A DNA stretch of 64,000 bases from Calditrichia bacterium (GCA_963796965.1 CAWCNS010000009.1:448001-512000); one strand, 5' to 3'. Positions 12,221 to 27,222 are shown, counted from the stretch's first letter. Translations and numbers: made by a program. Notes: generated by a model not told the origin, from the letters alone.

Positions 12221-15200
12221 TTAATTAGTGGAATTCGTGGATAAAAGCTCTGATTTGAAACTATATCTTCCCGACTCAGCCTTAAAAACCGTATATCCAT
12301 CTTCATCAATGATAGGATCCTGATCTAGGACCTCGGACAATTTTTTCCCATCAAGTGTGACCTTATCAGCACCTGAACTGGGTATATAAACGGTTGCCGT
12401 TGTATTAGGGGGTATGACAACTTTATATTCAAACCGCCCTTTTTCTTTTTTCCATTTTACTTCAATTTTTCCGCAAATGGAATGGTAACTGCCTTCGGCC
12501 CAGGTCAAGGTACCCCCGGGCAAGGGTTTTAGAATAAAATGTCTAAAACCAGGAGCATCAGGATCAGGCTGGATGCCCAGAATATTTTCATACATCCATT
12601 CGCCCATCGCACCAAAGGCATAATGATTAAAGGAGTTCATGCCTGCCCCTTGCATTCCACGACCCTTTACATAGCCATCCCATCGCTCCCAGATAGAAGT
12701 TGCCCCCTGCGCAATTGAATATCCCCATGAGGGAAATTCCTTCGTTTCCAGTAAATCAAAAGCTTTTTTCGAATAGCCGCGCTTAGATAACTCTTTCATC
12801 AGAGGCAGGGTGGAATGAAAACCGGTATTCATTCGTCCATCATAGGGAATAAATTTATCAATCATCCTCTTCTCAAAATTCTCTTCTAACTCTTCCGGGT
12901 AAAGGTTATAATACAAAGCCATGGCATAACAGGACTGGGCATCGCCTTCAATCATGCCATCCTTATCAACAAAAGTTTCGATAAAGGCTTTTTTAATCTT
13001 TTCCGATAATTCTGAATAATAGCTGGCTTCACTATTCTTTCCGATCACTTCTGCCATTTTTGATAAAATAGTCGTGGAGTTGTAGAACATGATTGTTGAA
13101 AATACTTCCGAGGGGATTTGCGCGCCTGTTTTTGGGAAGCCTTTGGCCTTGAGTGTGTTCCCATTAAGCCAATCCCCATAATTAAGGCCTAATCCGCTTC
13201 GCCAGATTAATCCGGATTTTTTTTGTGGATATTATCTATATATCTTTTATAGGCCTCAAAATGTGAGTCAATAATTTCCTCATCTCCATAATTGAGATAC
13301 ATCAGATAAGGCAGTTTGATACCCGCATCAGCCCAACCCGGTGCATTGGTAAAATGTTTTTCATAGCCAAAGGGATTGGGTGCAATATCCGGAAAGGTTC
13401 CCCGCTCGATTGGGCATCCAATATATCAATCATCCATTTACTATAAAAAGCTGCCATATCACGATTAAACATGGAGGTTTGGGCAAAAATAAAAACATCC
13501 CCCATCCAACCGCAGCGTTCATCACGCTGGGGACAATCGGTGGGTACACTATGCATATTGCTGATATGTGAGCGGTTGATGTTTTTATACAATTGGTTAA
13601 GCATCGGATTTGAACAGGCAAAATGGCCGGTGCGTGGCTGATCTGAGGCAACAACTTTTGCCTCCAGAATACCTTTTGCGGTACGCCTCTCAACCCCTCA
13701 CTTCCACAAACCTAAATCCATGATAGGTAAATCGCGGCTCATAAACCAATTTTCCAGTTGCTCCAAGAATGATCTGTATCCGTCTGAATCGCCTCACCAA
13801 GATTTTCCGTATAGAGTTCTCCTTCTTCATCGAGAATTTCACCATGTCTTAGTACAATTATATCACCTGGCTTACCTTTGAGTTTTATCTTGCACCATCC
13901 GGCAATATTTTCCCCAACATCAAAAATATAATGTCCTTTCTTTTGTCCTGGTTACAGATTTTGTTTTAAGCGTTTCAACAATTTTTATGGGTTGATTGAT
14001 TTGCGGAACCAGATTGACATCTACCTGTTCATCAATGACAACTTTTTCCCATGCTGAATCGTCAAATTCCTTTTCCTGCCATCCGTCAACTTCATTATTG
14101 GCATCATAGGTTTCACCAATAAAGTTATCGGCCATCCGAACCGGTCCATTTGCATATATTTTCCATGAATCATCACTAATAATCGTCTCTTTCTCCCCGT
14201 TTGGATACACCACCACCATCTGAAAAAAGAGTCTACGATCAAGGCCATACGCCCCTCTTTTTGGAAAATATTCACTCCAGCGGACGGGTCCAAGCATACC
14301 GGCATACCATCCGTCGGCCAATTGGGCACCGATGACATTGGATCCCCGGTCCAACAAGTGGGTGACATCATAGACCTGGTATTGTACCCGTTTGTTGTAA
14401 TCAGTCCATTCAGGAGCCAATACCCGATGATCAGGGGATTGGGCATTAATGAAATATCATAGATCCCCAGGGCTGAAACATAGGCAATTGCCTGTACTGG
14501 TTTTTCTTTTAGCTCGATCATTTTGCGCAATAAGGGTGATGGGGGAATAGATCGTCGCTTCGGATATGGCGGCGTATTCGTAATCCCATCGGTGAGCATG
14601 TCCGGATCGTACCCATCTTCCCGGTCCATTTTAATCAGCGCATCTTTATAGGTCACCTCACAGCCTGCAGATATAATTTTTTCCTCATTGACTATCTCCA
14701 ACTCAGCAAGTGAAAAAGCATACAATTTTGTCCGGTCTCCCCGGTCTTCATAATCATGAATACGATGCTTATAGTAGTTCAATTCTGTGGCTACCAGACG
14801 AACATACCGTCCTTCTGTCGGATCGATCTTCAAATCCACCGGCTTCCCTCCCGGTGCAGGGGCCGGATTTTTTTCAATACAGGTGATCCAGGTTTTTCCA
14901 TCATTGCTGATTTCAATTCTATAGGCCTTTGGAAAATAATAATCGATGATTTTTCTAATATTGTTATGGGAAGGATAAAGTTTAATCCTGGTAATCATGG
15001 TCCTTTTCCCAAGATCTATCTGGACCCATTTTTCTTCCCTTGGCTTATCCGTATAAGAACTCAGATAGCCGATATGTTTATAAAGCAAGGGATATCGAGG
15101 GGTGGTTCAGGCTGATCACCAATCCATTTGGCCTTCCACTCTTCATTGCTAAAAGCACCGGTAATAAAGGTGGCTGTTTCACTCCAGTTTGAAACTTTCC

Positions 15201-15558
15201 CATTAACCTCCCAAACCCTGACACTCCAGTAATATTTAGTAAACGATTGTAACTCATCCCCATCATATTTAATACTAAAAGTTTGATCGCCGTTTTCTTT
15301 GCCGCTATCCCAGACATTGCCCTCATTTTTTTGTATACTTATTGGATCATCACTGACAATAACCTGCCAGGCTGTTTGTCTCTGGCTATTTTGTGTTGAG
15401 ACAGCTCCCAGCTAAAGCGGGGTGATGGTTTGGCAACAACTGCCTCTTTCATATACTCACATTTTAAATTCTGTACGGTCGTTTCGCTGGTAATTTCATC
15501 ATTACAGCCCATGGATGAGGATAAAATTAAAGCGCCATCATAATAATGTCCATTTCAT
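12221..15558 (-). CDS. Alpha-L-rhamnosidase (GH78) with an inserted F5/8 type C (discoidin) domain; several frameshifts
   Basis: PRFSW, PSPLLRK, APEWTDYNKRVQYQVYDVT, FTYHGFRFVEV, PTDCPQRDERCGWMGD, GATSIWERWD, MNSFNHYAFG; WVQIDLG...GRYVRL discoidin insert. Confidence 0.9.
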
Positions 15559-16067
15559 AATAATTTCATTTCATTTTAGAGAATAAACGGTGGATATACC
15601 TTGGGTGGATTAATTGTTACTGAGATAAATATAGAAAAAAAATTGGGAAAGAATTAGAAGTTTTTTGCCTATTTGTATCTGACGTAAAGCTTTTTTAACC
15701 GCAATGACGCAAGGTAGACGCAAGGCACGCAGAGAAAAGATACTATTTATTTTAGGTTTTTCTACTCTCCTTTCTTTGGAATTCCCTGAGTCAAATGAAA
15801 ATTTTTTACTCGCGCAGCACCACGGAGGCGCAGCGCAAATACTTTAAATTTGTCATTCTGAAAGAATCTTCTTTCATGAAAGTACCATATTTTCAATCAG
15901 GAAAACCCCGTTCAAGGACAGGATGACAATAAAAAGGAATATCTTTTTTCTTAATTCTTTTGTCATTTTTCTTAAAATTCGCTGCGTCGTGGCGGCGCTG
16001 CGTGAGAAAATAAAGATTCATTAACCACAAAAGACACAAATATAAAAGAAATTTTACGTAGAATTTG

Positions 16068-17074
16068 ATTAAAGTTTTTTTGCCATTTCAATAAAATCAT
16101 AGGGATAAGGTTTTTCTATATCCGATACCGCATCCGAGCTCAGCCATATCATCTTCACTTAATGACCAACCCAGGCATCCAAGATTATCTTTTAACTGGT
16201 CAATTTTTCTTGCCCCCAGGATCACAGAACTGATGCCTTTTTTATTAAGGAGCCAGTTCAGAGAGACCTGTGCCGGACTTTTATCCAATCGTCCAGCTCA
16301 TTTCAGTTACTTTATCAATAATCGACCAGGTGGATTCGGTATTATACCGTGACTATTTTTCAAATCTGTTATATTTTTCCGGATCCTTAACCCGGCCGGC
16401 ACCGGGCTCCTTCATTCCCCGTTGGTAACGTCCGCTGAGCTATCCTCCCAGGAGCGGACCCAAACGGTAAACCCCCATCCATTTTCTTCACAGGCGGAAA
16501 GAAATTCCCATTCCGGCGACCGAACCAGAAGGTTATATTTGCCTTGCAGCGCAATAAAAGGCATATAGCCCTTAAACCGACTCAGATCAGCCGCCTTCTG
16601 AATATGCCGGGCGCCAAAATTACTTGCCGCAATATAACGGACTTTGCCCTCTCTGACCAGACCACTGAACCTCCAGCGTTTCCTCCAGAGGCGCATTATC
16701 ATCCCAGGCGTGCGCATAAAGGAGGTCCACATAATCGGTTTTCAATCTGGCGAGACTGGCTTCAACGGATTCAAGAATATGTTTACGCCCGAAGCCCGGA
16801 TTGATTTGGCTTGGTCGCCCATAGGAAAACGGACCTTGGTGGCAATTACTAACTCATCCCGCTTCTGTTTCTCTAACCATTCTCCTACAATTTCTTCGGA
16901 AACACCCGTAGAATACATATTAGCCGTATCGATGAAATTGCCTGCCGCATCTGTAAATATATCCAGCATTCTAAGACTCTCAGCTTTTGAGGATTCCCGG
17001 CCAAAAGTCATCGCCCCCATACAAACGTCACTAACCTTAAGTCCTGAATTACCTAAATATTTATATTGCATCAT
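16068..17074 (-). CDS. Aldo/keto reductase; frameshifted, 3' end approximate
   Basis: [73 protein letters not shown]. Confidence 0.9.
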
Positions 17075-17236
17075 TTTTCTTCCTTCATAAAAAATTGATT
17101 GGTCTTATATGCCTCTTTGCGGCTAACCTCAGACATCCTTAACCACAAAGGACACAAAGAAGGCACAAAGATCACAAAGATCTTTTTTAATTTAAAAACT
17201 TTGCGTCTTAGCGGCTTGACGTGAAAACAAAGAGAG

Positions 17237-18841
17237 TTAACAAAATGATAAATTCGTTAAATTCGTGGACTCTTTTAGTCTTTTTAATTCCTCCCATGGT
17301 AGTACATTACATCGTTCAGCCCACTTATCATAGAGCCCGGCCAGTTCCCGGACAACATCCGGATGGTTGTCGGAGATATCATTGACTTCCGTTCGTCCGG
17401 CTTCCATATCATAGAGTTCCCATTGGCCAGGATATTTACACACCAACTTCCATTTTCCTTTGCGTACGGCTTTATTTCCTTCATGTTCCCAATAGAGCAC
17501 TTCGCGAGGAGAACTTTGGTCTGCAAAGGTTGGCACCATGCTATATCCTTCCAAAGGTTTGATGGTCCTTCCATTGTAAATTTTCGGATAGTCCACTTCA
17601 GCAATATCGAGGAAAGTAGCCATGATATCAGGTAACTGTGCAGGCTGATGTCGAAGCGCGCCCCGGGCCTTGATTCCGGCAGGCCAATGAACAATAAAAG
17701 GGGTGGCGATACCCCCTTCATGAACCCAATGCTTGTAAAGACGAAACGGTGTGTTGGATAGGTTAGCCCAGGGAATACCATAACTGCTATAGGTATCTTC
17801 GCCGCCAGGAATAATAGTCGGATCGTTACCAAAGCGGACATCCCGACCATTCCGCGTTTTAAGGGTTCCGGCCTTATCTGGCCCTTTGGCAATCCAATTG
17901 GTTGTATTGACACTAAGTTCTTCCGCACATCCTCCGTTATCTGAAAGGAAGATTATTAAGGTGTTTTCCAATATCTTTGTATTGTCAAGTGCTTGTAATA
18001 TGCGACCAATGCCCTGATCCATTCGGTCAATCTGAGCGGCATACACTTCCATCCGGCGGGCCTGCCATTCTTTATATTTTTCATTCTTCCACGGCCCCAC
18101 CTGTGGATCACGTTCCGTAAGCAGCCAGTTTTCATCAATAAGACCCATCTTCACCATCCGTTCCAAACGTTGCTCACGCAAATCATCCCACCCGGCATCG
18201 AAACGGCCCTTATATTTGGCACTATCTTCTTCATGGGCATGCAAGGGCCAATGTGGCGCCGTATAGGCCACATACTGAAAAAATGGCCTGTTTTCCTGTA
18301 CAGACGCTTGATCTTCGAGTTGACGAATTGCTTCATCCGTGATTGCATCCGTTAGGAAAAAATCACTTCCTTCGGATTCAATACTTTTATTGTTTCGGGT
18401 TAATGTACGCGGCTGATAATAACTGGCTGCGCCGGTGATAATACCATAAAAGTCATCGAATCCCCGCTGGTTCGGCCGATTATGTTTCGGGCCGTCCAGA
18501 TGGCGGGTTACATGCCATTTACCCGATATATAGGTTTTATACCCTCCCAATTTTAGCGCTTCGGCAAGTGTTACGGTATTTTGATTCAAATCCCCCAGAT
18601 AGCCATCAATACCATCATCTCCCATCATATGGCCGATATCCGCCTGATGGGGATAGAGTCCGGTAAGTAATGAGGCCCGGGAAGGACAGCAACGGGCGGT
18701 GTTGTAAAACTGTGTATAGCGCAGCCCATTGGCTGCCAGGGAATCCAGGTGGGGTGTATGCACTTCACCGCCATAACATCCAAGATCTGAATATCCCATG
18801 TCATCATTAAGTATAAGCAGGATATTGGGTTTGTTGCTCAT
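17237..18841 (-). CDS. Arylsulfatase (S1, Cys-type), no signal peptide
   Basis: KPNILLILNDDMGYSD, CCPSRASLLTG, GKWH, APHWPLHA, SDNGG, EGGIATPFIVHWP; intact ORF. Confidence 0.94.
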   Translation of the reverse strand: MSNKPNILLILNDDMGYSDLGCYGGEVHTPHLDSLAANGLRYTQFYNTARCCPSRASLLTGLYPHQADIGHMMGDDGIDGYLGDLNQNTVTLAEALKLGGYKTYISGKWHVTRHLDGPKHNRPNQRGFDDFYGIITGAASYYQPRTLTRNNKSIESEGSDFFLTDAITDEAIRQLEDQASVQENRPFFQYVAYTAPHWPLHAHEEDSAKYKGRFDAGWDDLREQRLERMVKMGLIDENWLLTERDPQVGPWKNEKYKEWQARRMEVYAAQIDRMDQGIGRILQALDNTKILENTLIIFLSDNGGCAEELSVNTTNWIAKGPDKAGTLKTRNGRDVRFGNDPTIIPGGEDTYSSYGIPWANLSNTPFRLYKHWVHEGGIATPFIVHWPAGIKARGALRHQPAQLPDIMATFLDIAEVDYPKIYNGRTIKPLEGYSMVPTFADQSSPREVLYWEHEGNKAVRKGKWKLVCKYPGQWELYDMEAGRTEVNDISDNHPDVVRELAGLYDKWAERCNVLPWEELKRLKESTNLTNLSFC

Positions 18842-18992
18842 TTCTCCAACTATCTCCCATGGGTTTTAGGCATAAATAAAAAAATTAACCGCAAAGACGC
18901 GAGGAAGGCGCAAGGAACGCAAAGAAGAATAATAAAAATTAAAAATGCAAGATACAACAAAACTCTCGCAGAGGCGCTAAGACACAGTAAAT

Positions 18993-19221
18993 AAATAATA
19001 AAAAAGAAAAAATACAAAGAAATTGCGGCTTCGCGGCTTTGCGTGAAAAAAAACAAACACAAAGAACACTTCCCCAATTTAAAAGAACTAAATTCACAAA
19101 GATTTTTTATTTTTTTTGAATGCGGCTGACCTAGATCTTTAACAAAACGAATGATTTATGTTAAGCATAAGAAACATTAATATTTTTTCGCTGCGGCATC
19201 GCGTCGCTGCGTGAGAAAAGG
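18993..19221. repeat. Repeat of about 230 bp; inverted copy at 21737-21960
   Basis: Manual reverse-complement alignment of 21737-21960 matches throughout. Confidence 0.88.
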
Positions 19222-19316
19222 AACATAAAATAGAAACTTAGGGGACAAATCTTGGCGTTTTGCGGCTCTGCGAGAGATTCTTTTTACTGCAAAGATCAGG
19301 TATACTTCTGCTCCGG

Positions 19317-20386
19317 TTAGTTCTTATTCGCATCGAGAGATTCCGCGCTATAAATATGAATTTTTTCTTCTTTGCCTTTAAGTGAATGCTCCCCCAGGTC
19401 ATTAAAAACGATAGTAACATCTTTATTTAGTTTATTATATAAGCTTTAGAAATTAAAATGTTTTTCCCCAGTTTATGGGCGGTGGAATATATGCGTGACG
19501 CTGTATTGATTGTATCTCCATGATAGGCAATTTCCTTTTTTGATACACCAATTTCTGTAACAGTCACTTCTCCCAAATGCAGAGATGCCTTAAACGAGGG
19601 AAATATTTCATATTTGCGTAAATAATATTCTTTTTTATCTTCTAAAATGTTTTCGGCTAAGAAAAAGGCATTGATGCAATTATTATTTTTCAGACCTTTT
19701 TTCGGTTTCCATATAACGACAACTTCATCACCCACATATTGAAATACCTGGCCTTTTGTTTTTGTAAATACATAATCTAAATCATTAAAGAAATCACTTA
19801 GAAATGAGCTGTATTTTTTGGAGCCTAATTTCTCTGCAAAGGTTGTTGCATCATTCAAATCTAAAAACATAAAGATTCGCTCTTCAATGGCCGGTTTATG
19901 ATAGCGACCGATTAAATAATTAACTAAAACGCCCTTTCCAAAAAATGATTTTAACTGCCAGATAAATGTGGCAATTATGGCTAAAACCAAGATATAAACC
20001 ATATTTATATTTGTTAGAAAATAAACACGCTTTATTTGTTCAAATTTCTGTGGATCTTGTAAATACAACGTACTTAATCCATTACTATATAAATAGATGA
20101 CAATCAAAGAATAGACTGTAATTATGGTTAACAGGGAATAGGTAATGGTTCTAAAAAGTAATATGATGGCGTAGGGAAGTCTTACTAATTTTGGGTTGGA
20201 AAATATCAGTTCAAAAAATCCAACAAAAAATCCAATGATAAAGCCATTAATAATCGTATAGGTTATTTCCTGAAAATTCCCCCACAGGGCATGAAGGACA
20301 AAACCAATCAAGGCGCCGGCAATACCAAATTTTACACCTAAAAAAAGGTATGATTTTAATTGATTAAAAAAGGTTTTACTCTTCAT
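19317..20386 (-). CDS. Membrane-anchored adenylate/guanylate cyclase domain protein (frameshifts near the 3' end)
   Basis: Four TM segments; GRYHKP..EERIFMFLDL, QYVGDEVV, KASLHLGEV, IAYHGDTINTASRI; alternative frame gives LKGKEEKI. Confidence 0.87.
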
Positions 20387-20653
20387 CCCTACTCTCTTTG
20401 CTCTATAGGCTTTACCATTGAGGCGCTGAGGAAGTGAATATTTCTCTTTTACCACAAAGTACTCTAAGAAGGCACAAAGTACACAAAGAAATAGAAATAC
20501 CCTTGAATGACCTCCCCCTTCATCCCCCTCCTTAGTAAGGAGGGGGAAATAGGGGGTGGTAATTAAATTCGTTCAAATTCGGTCCGGCCCCGTATAACGA
20601 GGTCTCAGGACGCTTTCTACGAGCGTAATTTGTGGACAAATGCCTTTCGCCGA

Positions 20654-21578
20654 TTACAGTTTACGGCTTAAAGCCCGACGATACCCCGTAACCGTAATAC
20701 TTTGATCATTATGGATTTCAACAATGGCGTAAGCATTATTTTCCGCTCCACTCCCCTCCACCATCGCTTTTAAGGTATAGTAATGAATCCCCTCAATGAG
20801 GCTGTAATCACCGGCATGATGATGCCCTTGAAAAACTGCCAGGACCTTCTGGTTCTTTTGCAAGATCCGGCGAACCTCCGTCGCGTTTTTGATATAGAGG
20901 TCCCCTTCCCCATCAAGTAATTGATGGACAAAAACAATCGACGGTTTTGATGTAGAAGCAAGATCTTCTTCCAGCCAGGTCAGTTCTTTCGGTGGAATAT
21001 TGGCATCGGTCCAATCGTAATTACCACTATCATAGTCAAGACCATCTGAACGGTAATTGCATCAAGAATGATGAAATGATGGCCCTTCGAATCAAAGGAA
21101 TAATATGTTGACTCACGCGGAATATGTGTATTGGTGGCAACCGCCAGAAACTGCTCTTTTGATATGCTGTAACATCATGGTTACCCAGAACGTGATATTT
21201 ATTGCCCTTAAACTTTTGAAATTCCCCTTCAATGGATTGCAAGTAGGCAAGGGTACTTTCTTCTGTTGGCGGATTATCCTGCTCCTTAAAATCACCAAGT
21301 TCAACGAGAAAGGAGACATCCTCCTTATTCATCTGCTCAACACATTCACGCATTTTGGCCGCTGATTCCCGGTAATATCGAGTACCCGAATAGTCGCGGT
21401 CAGCATAATGGGCGTCTGTTACCATTCCAAAACGGATACTGTTTGAAAAGAGATTACAGCCCGCATGCACAGAAAGACCCGCAGCCGTAAAACCTACGGA
21501 TTTTAGGAAATGACGTCTTGAGATCACCCGGGGAACATTGTCAGTCAGGTGATGCTTTTTGTCTGAATGTTTAATCAT
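20654..21578 (-). CDS. Tat-exported calcineurin-like metallophosphoesterase; frameshifted
   Basis: ISRRHFLK Tat motif; TDAHY, LGD, LGNHD, FQGHHH metallophosphoesterase motifs. Confidence 0.87.
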
Positions 21579-21951
21579 TATGTTTCCCCCCCAAAAAAAA
21601 TTCAGAATGCTTTGCGCAGGAAAAAGATGAACCACAAAGTACACAAAGCAAAGTCCCAATATCTATATCTACATCATGTAGATATTTCGGGATGAAATCC
21701 TCCAAGATTTTTCTCTTATGCTTTCATTTTGTAATACTTTTCTCACGCAGCGCCGCGGTGCCGCAGCGAAAAAATTTATGACTGTTCTTATGCCTACTTA
21801 AACTATTCGTTTTGTTTATGATCTAGGTGACCCACAATGAAAAAAATATAAAGAATCTTTGTGAACTTAGTGCTCCCTTAGTGGTCTTTGTGTTTATTCT
21901 TTTAAACACATAGCCGTGAAGCCGTAATTTCTTTGTATTTTTTCTTTTGTA

Positions 21952-23602
<1,651 letters not shown>

Positions 23603-23620
23603 GACATTGGGCTATATTCT

Positions 23621-26160
23621 TTATTTATGTGTTAATACCGGATATGGTACATCATATCCTTTAACCGCATGCCAGATAATCCGATTAAATATATCTTCAT
23701 CGATTCGATCAAGATCATCCATATCTTGTTCCATGGACTTTTTCGCCCAGTGAAGCGTTTCCATTTAAACTTTCCAGAGGCGGATTCAATTCGTCAAGAC
23801 GAATATTATTGGGGATTGCTTTATAAGGAGTAAAATCCGGTGTATCGATAAAACAATCAGTCATTGGCTCTGCTGCCAAATCAAATTGATTCATAGGCGG
23901 AATTCCGAGAATATTTTCCATGGTTCGAACCATATTGATTTGCGAGTAATAGGTTGAAATAACTTCACCTCGTTTTGTATATGGACTGATGACCAATCCG
24001 ACTGTTCGGTGCCCATCTACATGATCCAGACCAGCCTGGGGATCATCTTCGGTTACAAAAATGCAGGTTTCTTTCCAGAATTTACTGTGTGAAATCGCTT
24101 CGACAATTTGTCCCAGTGCAAAATCATTATCAGCTACAGCTGCACGTGGCGTGGGCAAACCGGGACGTGTCCCGGATGTATGATCGTTTGGCAGTAACAT
24201 AATAATAAAATTTGGGAAATTGTCATTTTTTTCAAATTCTTTAAGTTCCTTAATAAATTCAGCTGCGCGATACACATCAGGTACTTTATTCGGAAATCCC
24301 ACATAGGTAGGACATAGATAAGGTTTAAGCTGTTCAAGATTTGCTTTGGCGCGGATTTTTATTTTTCCGGTTCCATTTTAAATAATCCTGATATATATCT
24401 GTAAAAGTTGCATTTTCAGGCTCAATTACGGCATCGACAAATTCACCATAATCGCGAAAGGTCAATCCATGATTCAAAACATTATCCCAGATAAATCCCG
24501 AACTTGCATATGCCAGAGCATCGTCCCCATCATAGGGATAACTGCGGGTAAAATCACCAAAAAACTTTTCAATATAATCAGTAACATAAGCTTCATCGGT
24601 CCATTGATGTCCATCAGCGCTTAAAATACCACTGCAATAATAATTATCCATTAAAACAAATGTTTCTGCCAATTTATGGTGATTCGGTGTGACCTCCCGG
24701 CCAAAATGCACCAGATTGGTATCACCGTTACCCTGTGGCAGATCACCAAACACCTGATCATAGGTACGGTTTTCTTTAATAATATACACCACATGTTTAA
24801 AATGTGATATTTGAGATGGTACTTGTGGTACAGGAACCATTGCTTTTTAATTGATTGCCCTAGGATGTTTTCAGTCATTTTTTGAACATAGGAATTATTT
24901 TGATGAACAATTTTTGTCATTCTTCAAGTTTTGTTCATCAGGCAGAGGAATAATTGAAACATTCCCTAGATGATCATGGGTATTATATCCGGCTCTGATC
25001 AGTTCTTTGATTTCGTGACCCGATGCCTTTTATATTTGCCACAAACAAAAGTTTGTTTTCTCATCCAGAATAACCGAGCCGGGATACCACCCGGTAGGAA
25101 TATATCCAACAATCTTGCTTGGAGTGCCGATTTGTATGACACAAATGGCATTATCCGTGCCATTGGCCACATAGAGATATTTGCCATCCGCTGAAATTGT
25201 CATGCATTGGGTGCACTTCCAAAAGGCAAATTCTCTTGCATATGAACAGAGATTTCTTCAATTACCTCATCAGTTGGGTATTAATTACCGAAATAATATC
25301 ACTATTGGCACAGGCAACATATAATCGGTTACGATCGGGACTTAATACCATTCCACTGGGATGTAATCCAACCTCAATATCTTTGATTTGTATTCCCTGT
25401 TTCAAATCAACAACGGAAACGGTATCCATTATTGGCAATTCCCGTTTTCGGATCGACCAACACCTGGCTGCCGGATGTGTTATAAGTGGATTCCCTTCTT
25501 CGGTCTCGCCCTCCCCAATTGCTCACATATGCTTTTGTATCGGAGACAAGCACAACATCGTAGGGGGCGATTCCAACCGGAATTTCTTTTACAGTCGTAT
25601 CACCCAGATTCACAACCCCCAGCGTATTATTTCGACTCAAGGTAACATAAATTTTATTTTCCTCTTTATTTAAAGCCAATCCTCCCGGAACCGTATTACC
25701 ACCAATAGATGGTGTTGGCAAGGTAATGGCCTTTTTCCATTGCAAGATGCGATTTTTATCCAATTCGGCTATCTGTATTTTGTTTCTCACGTCTGTTACA
25801 AATAGTTTGCGCCCATCTTTTGAAATACACAATCCGGTAAATGAACTGCCGTCTTTTTTTAACTCTAATGATTGAAGAATGGTCCGATCCTGGATGCGAA
25901 TGAGATCGATTGATCTTTTTGTTTTTTACAATAAGTAGTTTCTTATCAGGGATGAGTGCCAGATCAACCGGTCTGCCCGGAAAATAAACCTGAAATCCGG
26001 CCGGGCGCAGCAATTGGTTTGTAGGTACCAAAAAACTTCCGTCGGGTTGCGGCCCAACTTTGATATTTTTAGCATTATTTTGTGCTTCTGACTTAGTTAG
26101 GGAAAGTACCATAAGACAGATGATAAATATGAGGGGAAAAAATCTGTTCATTGAATTCAT
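23621..26160 (-). CDS. YncE-like beta-propeller + phosphoesterase/alkaline phosphatase-superfamily fusion; frameshifted
   Basis: PTNQLLRPAG, IPVGIAPY..YVSNWGG propeller repeats; HVVYIIKENRTYDQVFGD, SADGHQW, LPNDHT, DND.ALG, EDDPQAG.DHVDGHR. Confidence 0.88.
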
Positions 26161-26179
26161 AATTCAACTCCTATTTGGA

Positions 26180-26208
26180 AATATAAATATGGACATATTT
26201 GCAGTCAA
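26180..26208 (-). promoter_or_regulatory. Sigma70-type promoter for the phosphoesterase gene
   Basis: Minus strand TTGACT-N17-TATATT, followed by an AGGAG RBS and ATG 26160. Confidence 0.55.
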
Positions 26209-26221
26209 CTCAAGCCTTTTC

Positions 26222-26607
26222 AAACACAAAGGACACTAAGAAGACACAAAGATCACAAAGATTTTTTTAATTTAAAAGACTTTTGTATTTGCGACTTTGC
26301 CTGAAAAACCATTATACATCAGGCACAATGTGAAATATAAAGAAAAATGATCCCAAAAATATTTAAAAATATAAAAATCGTTGCGGCTCTGCGTGAAACT
26401 AAATATTTTTTAACCACAAAGGACACCAAGAAGGCACAAAGACCACAAAGATATTTCTTATTTTAAAAACTTTCCTTTGCGCCTTTGCGTGAAAATCCAC
26501 TATACACCAGGCACAATGTGAAATATAAAGAAAAATGATCCCAAAAATATCCTAAAATATAAAAATGCGGCGTTGCGGCGCTGCGAGAAATGCAGAATTT
26601 TTTAACC
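26222..26607. repeat. Imperfect tandem duplication of about 190 bp, built on the CACAAAG repeat arm
   Basis: Units start at 26222 and 26412; both contain caggcacaatgtgaaatataaagaaaaatgatcccaaaaatat; a homologous arm also lies at 17141-17227. Confidence 0.88.
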
Positions 26608-26650
26608 ATAGCAAGGAAGGCGCTGCCTAATCCAGCGGAAATCCGTGGAC

Positions 26651-27073
26651 TTATTTTTTTAACCTGGATTCGAGTTTTTTCACAAGGATATAAATCACCA
26701 GGCTTAGGGATATAATGAACGGGCCTTCACCGAAAGTCCAATTTGCCGGCATGGGTGCATTAATATCAATCCATATCATCGCCAGACCAAATACAAGACT
26801 CAGATAACAGAGTAATTTTAGAAACGGCAAATACCTGATCAGATTGAATGAGATATAAAGTATCATCACGCCATGGATGCCATAAAAAAGGGAAACCGAT
26901 CTGGCCAAATAATCCAAAATGGGTACCTGGGGTAAATGACCAAGCCCCATTTGCTGGTGCATGCTGTTCATCATTTCGTAGGGCAGAAATACGGGAATAA
27001 AGGCGGTTATCAGCATGATGCCGGATAGACGCAAAATGATAATAAGTGTATTTTCAATTATATTTTGTTTCAT
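26651..27073 (-). CDS. Hypothetical membrane protein (4 TM)
   Basis: 140-aa hydrophobic ORF, YLARSVSLFYGIHG. Confidence 0.7.
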   Translation of the reverse strand: MKQNIIENTLIIILRLSGIMLITAFIPVFLPYEMMNSMHQQMGLGHLPQVPILDYLARSVSLFYGIHGVMILYISFNLIRYLPFLKLLCYLSLVFGLAMIWIDINAPMPANWTFGEGPFIISLSLVIYILVKKLESRLKK

Positions 27074-27119
27074 AATTCCCGTCTCAATTCTTTAAACACA
27101 GAGAACGCAAAGTATTCTA

Positions 27120-27222
27120 GTCCACGAATTTCACGAATTTCCACTAATTAAAATCATATATATATTTATTAATATAAATAAAATTTCGTGTAATTCGTAT
27201 TAATTAGTGTAATTCGTGGATA
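27120..27222. repeat. Inverted pair of TCCACGAATT(T)CAC arms (9-nt period); single arms at 12190-12242, 17250-17270, 55155-55180
   Basis: tccacgaatttcacgaatttccactaatt ... aatttcgtgtaattcgtattaattagtgtaattcgtgga. Confidence 0.85.
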
